Below, one piece after another: positions 57,088 through 57,160 of a stretch of DNA of 57,160 nucleotides (position 1 is the first letter of the stretch; every line of letters starts with the position of its first letter). Under the pieces are notes generated by a model. That model was not told where the DNA came from and did not search any database. It was given only the letters and a program-made list of their open reading frames with translations. Made by a program: the position numbers and the translations under genes. Source of the stretch: a virus (Duplodnaviria; Caudoviricetes); IMG/VR virus record IMGVR_UViG_3300022843_000014, positions 1 through 57,160 of that record; one strand, written 5' to 3'.

Positions 57088-57160
57088 CAAAAATATTTAT
57101 CCAATATACTTCTAATTATTTATTATATTTCCTTGACCCCTGCTTGGGTACCATACTTAT

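Noticed and set aside
1-57160. Stop-codon reassignment
   Set aside because: Core genes are full length in the standard code, TAG/TAA/TGA all terminate genes, and no suppressor tRNA is present in the window.

Overview
A 57-kb, AT-rich fragment of a large T4-like myovirus genome, with all credible genes on the + strand. The host is probably a Bacteroidota (Flavobacteria-like) bacterium: early promoters read T(A/T)GG-N19-TAnnTT, resembling the Bacteroidota -33/-7 consensus, and start codons have A-rich leaders without Shine-Dalgarno sites. Gene order: terminase, portal, prohead core/protease/scaffold, major capsid, neck, sheath, tube, chaperone, tape measure, baseplate (with an M15 peptidase), a short divergent PolA-like protein, SSB, RecA/UvsX, 5'-3' exonuclease, helicase, NrdB/NrdA, lysis genes (holin-like, GH19), early accessory genes, a DpdA/TGT-like gene plus QueC, two families of shuffled repeat proteins (HREDGPA and 20-aa LRR), and a 13-tRNA array with HNH genes and structured spacers. 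Most notable: (1) a codon-diverse leader peptide with mutually exclusive antiterminator/terminator just upstream of the tRNA array, a candidate translation-sensing attenuator; (2) a family of N-terminal capsid-targeting-like leaders and (L/I)xE sites fused to swappable cargo modules, including LRR arrays; (3) several unexplained structured RNAs between tRNAs; (4) promoter-bounded gene cassettes; (5) a probable +1/-2 frameshift in the tail chaperone. All calls come from reading the sequence; no searches were run.
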